A stretch of 32,000 nt of DNA from Candidatus Nanoarchaeia archaeon (GTDB lineage: Archaea > Nanobdellota > Nanobdellia > Woesearchaeales > JANQNC01). Below are positions 30,733-32,000 of this stretch, in pieces. The stretch lies in contig JANQNC010000001.1 in assembly GCA_028279745.1 (NCBI GenBank), positions 1,170,001 to 1,202,000 of the forward strand, written 5' to 3'. The notes under the pieces are model-generated. The model did no database searches and had not been told where the DNA came from. It was given only the letters and a program-made list of their open reading frames with translations. The position numbers and the translations under genes are program-made. Numbering within the stretch: position 1 is the stretch's first letter; each line of letters begins with the position of its first letter.

Positions 30733-31824
30733 TTATCTACTTCTACTCTTACTTAACATATAACCAATGAAAAGAACAGCGACCACAACAATGATCAGGA
30801 TAAACATCAGGAAATCATTTTTGTTCAATTCTTCATCCTCATTGAAAGGAATCATACCTTCACTATCTTCACCATTTGCAGATCCATCTGTGCTATCTGT
30901 CGGTTGAGTATTATCTGGGTTTGTGGTTGATGAATCTCTAGGAGTGGGAGTTATGCCAGATCCTTCGCTGCCTGGACCTCCTGCACCACCGCTGCCTTCA
31001 CCTTCACCAGAAGCACCACCTTCGCCAGTGTTGTTTGTAGGGACTGGAGGAGGTAAACCAGGATCAGGTATCCAATCTTTCTTCAAAGGAAGATTATCCG
31101 TATTGGAACCAATTGCAACAGTGTCATCACAGAAACTGTCGTAGTTATCATCCAAGCAACCTTGACCTTCTAAGCCGAAATCACCCCAATAGTTTCCGCC
31201 TGTGTTTGGACCATCAACAACATTCCTCTTAGTCTTTTGAGGAACATTCCAGTTATTATTGCTATTATCAAAAGCGTTAACCGCATTAGCTAGATAGTTA
31301 TCATAAAAGTAGTTATTGTTGGAGTTGTCAACGTAAATACCAGAACCTTGAGCACCAGTAATAGTATTAGAGTAAAACTGGTTATTATTTGAGTTAACTA
31401 CATGTACGCCATGAACAGCAGAATCAGTTATTTCGTTTTCAATTATTACATTAGTAGATGATTGAACAACCTTGATACCTGTGTCACAGCTATCTATAGT
31501 ATTGTATGCTACGCTGCTGCCATCACTGCCTATAGAAACACCTTGTTGTATGCCTATTTGGAAGTTCTCAACAGTACAATGACTTACGCTTAACTCAGAG
31601 AAGTCCTGCATCAGAATGCCTGTGCCAGAACCATCGCCTCTAATAACGTGGTCGTTACAGTTAAGGATTACATCATTGGCACCAATTGTCAAACCATCGT
31701 CTGAACAGTTAAGATCTTCAAGTAGGTCTACACTTTCAGTAAGAACATCGCCGCAGCTTACAGCAAATGCTGTGCTGATTGATAATAAAATTGCAAATAA
31801 AAACGTATAGTATTTCATATTCAT
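30733..31824 (-). CDS. secreted right-handed parallel beta-helix (NosD-like / PbH1 repeat) protein with a Gly/Ser/Pro/Thr-rich stalk and a C-terminal TM anchor
   Basis: Signal peptide MNMKYYTFLFAILLSISTAFA. Repeats are N.I..N.I......G(I/V).V..S..N (e.g. NVIIENEITDSAVHGVHVVNSNNNQFYSNTITGAQGSGIYVDNSNNNYFYDN). GGNYWGDF and D..CDD...I....D..PL motifs are typical of NosD-type domains. The C-terminus is FLMFILIIVVVAVLFIGYMLSKSRSR. Confidence 0.8.
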   Translation of the reverse strand: MNMKYYTFLFAILLSISTAFAVSCGDVLTESVDLLEDLNCSDDGLTIGANDVILNCNDHVIRGDGSGTGILMQDFSELSVSHCTVENFQIGIQQGVSIGSDGSSVAYNTIDSCDTGIKVVQSSTNVIIENEITDSAVHGVHVVNSNNNQFYSNTITGAQGSGIYVDNSNNNYFYDNYLANAVNAFDNSNNNWNVPQKTKRNVVDGPNTGGNYWGDFGLEGQGCLDDNYDSFCDDTVAIGSNTDNLPLKKDWIPDPGLPPPVPTNNTGEGGASGEGEGSGGAGGPGSEGSGITPTPRDSSTTNPDNTQPTDSTDGSANGEDSEGMIPFNEDEELNKNDFLMFILIIVVVAVLFIGYMLSKSRSR

Positions 31825-31870
31825 AACCTCTTTTGTTTTATACTAAATTATTTAATTTATAAATGTTTGT

Positions 31871-32000
31871 CTAATTTACTGTGGCGCTAACAAAATCATA
31901 ATCAAGAGCTTCAGTTGCCACCATAATCCACTCATCAGACTCTAACCTTGTATTAAGTACAAGATTTAATCTCATCCAAACCTCCTCTTCAGCACATTTT
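31871..32000 (-). CDS. C-terminal fragment of an unidentified protein (ORF enters from the right edge)
   Basis: Own translation of the minus strand gives 42 open codons, ...KCAEEEVWMRLNLVLNTRLESDEWIMVATEALDYDFVSATVN, then TAG (31873..31871). The one other minus frame I translated contains a stop. Confidence 0.35.
   Translation of the reverse strand, partial: KCAEEEVWMRLNLVLNTRLESDEWIMVATEALDYDFVSATVN

Noticed and set aside
30285-31810. Antisense ORFs in the last two genes (30285..30551, 30302..30571, 30923..31144, 31616..31810)
   Set aside because: They are shadows of the low-complexity or repeat-rich coding sequence on the opposite strand, and they have no independent signals.
20329-31870. 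Mobile-element interpretation of the surface island (looked for an integrase, a transposase, flanking direct or inverted repeats, and a tRNA target)
   Set aside because: No recombinase-like ORF or tRNA is present, and I saw no terminal repeats by eye. The island idea rests only on the truncated helicase, the GC island and the accessory-type gene content, so I report it as a hypothesis, not as a mobile element feature.

Overview
AT-rich archaeal chromosomal window. Archaeal identity is firm: the Pop5-PsmA-SBDS-Rrp4-Rrp41-Rrp42 exosome/proteasome superoperon plus RpoK lies on the minus strand at 7.4-11.7 kb, with GGTGA-type Shine-Dalgarno motifs and TTTAAATA-type TATA boxes. I recognised no rRNA, tRNA, CRISPR array, transposase or integrase. 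Left part (1-7.4 kb): a flavin-reductase-like protein, a TrmB-family regulator with a small SAM methyltransferase, and three consecutive secreted cysteine-rich proteins. All three end in the same VPEL-(S/N)(S/T)-TM-KKK tail, a candidate unnamed archaeosortase-type sorting signal. A small internally duplicated membrane protein and an orphan HhH-containing DNA modification/repair radical SAM protein follow. Middle (11.8-20.3 kb): a zinc-ribbon protein, a DUF4145/HEPN-like (Rx4H) two-gene cassette, an orphan CheY-like receiver, and a translationally coupled operon of two small bitopic proteins plus a CPBP (CAAX-type) intramembrane protease. This part also holds a bacterial-type leuB-leuC-leuD operon, YbjQ, and a Hel308/Ski2 helicase gene that lacks its whole N-terminal RecA1 motor domain. 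Right part (20.4-31.8 kb) is a cell-surface island dominated by one uninterrupted 9.47-kb gene (3157 aa). That protein has an N-terminal membrane anchor, a 17-sequon N-x-T microrepeat, Cys/Asp-rich metal-binding-like repeats, and 26 PKD-like domains. Twenty of those domains form five exactly 1083-nt super-repeats with a nested 2166-nt A-B-A-B-chimera pattern. An acidic/Gly linker and a CARDB-like C-terminal module complete it. Downstream are an anomalous ~70-nt GC-rich island, a Trp-repeat membrane protein and a NosD-like beta-helix surface protein. The gene content resembles small-genome (DPANN-like) episymbiotic archaea, but that placement is inference only. All family assignments are motif recognition by eye; no searches were run.
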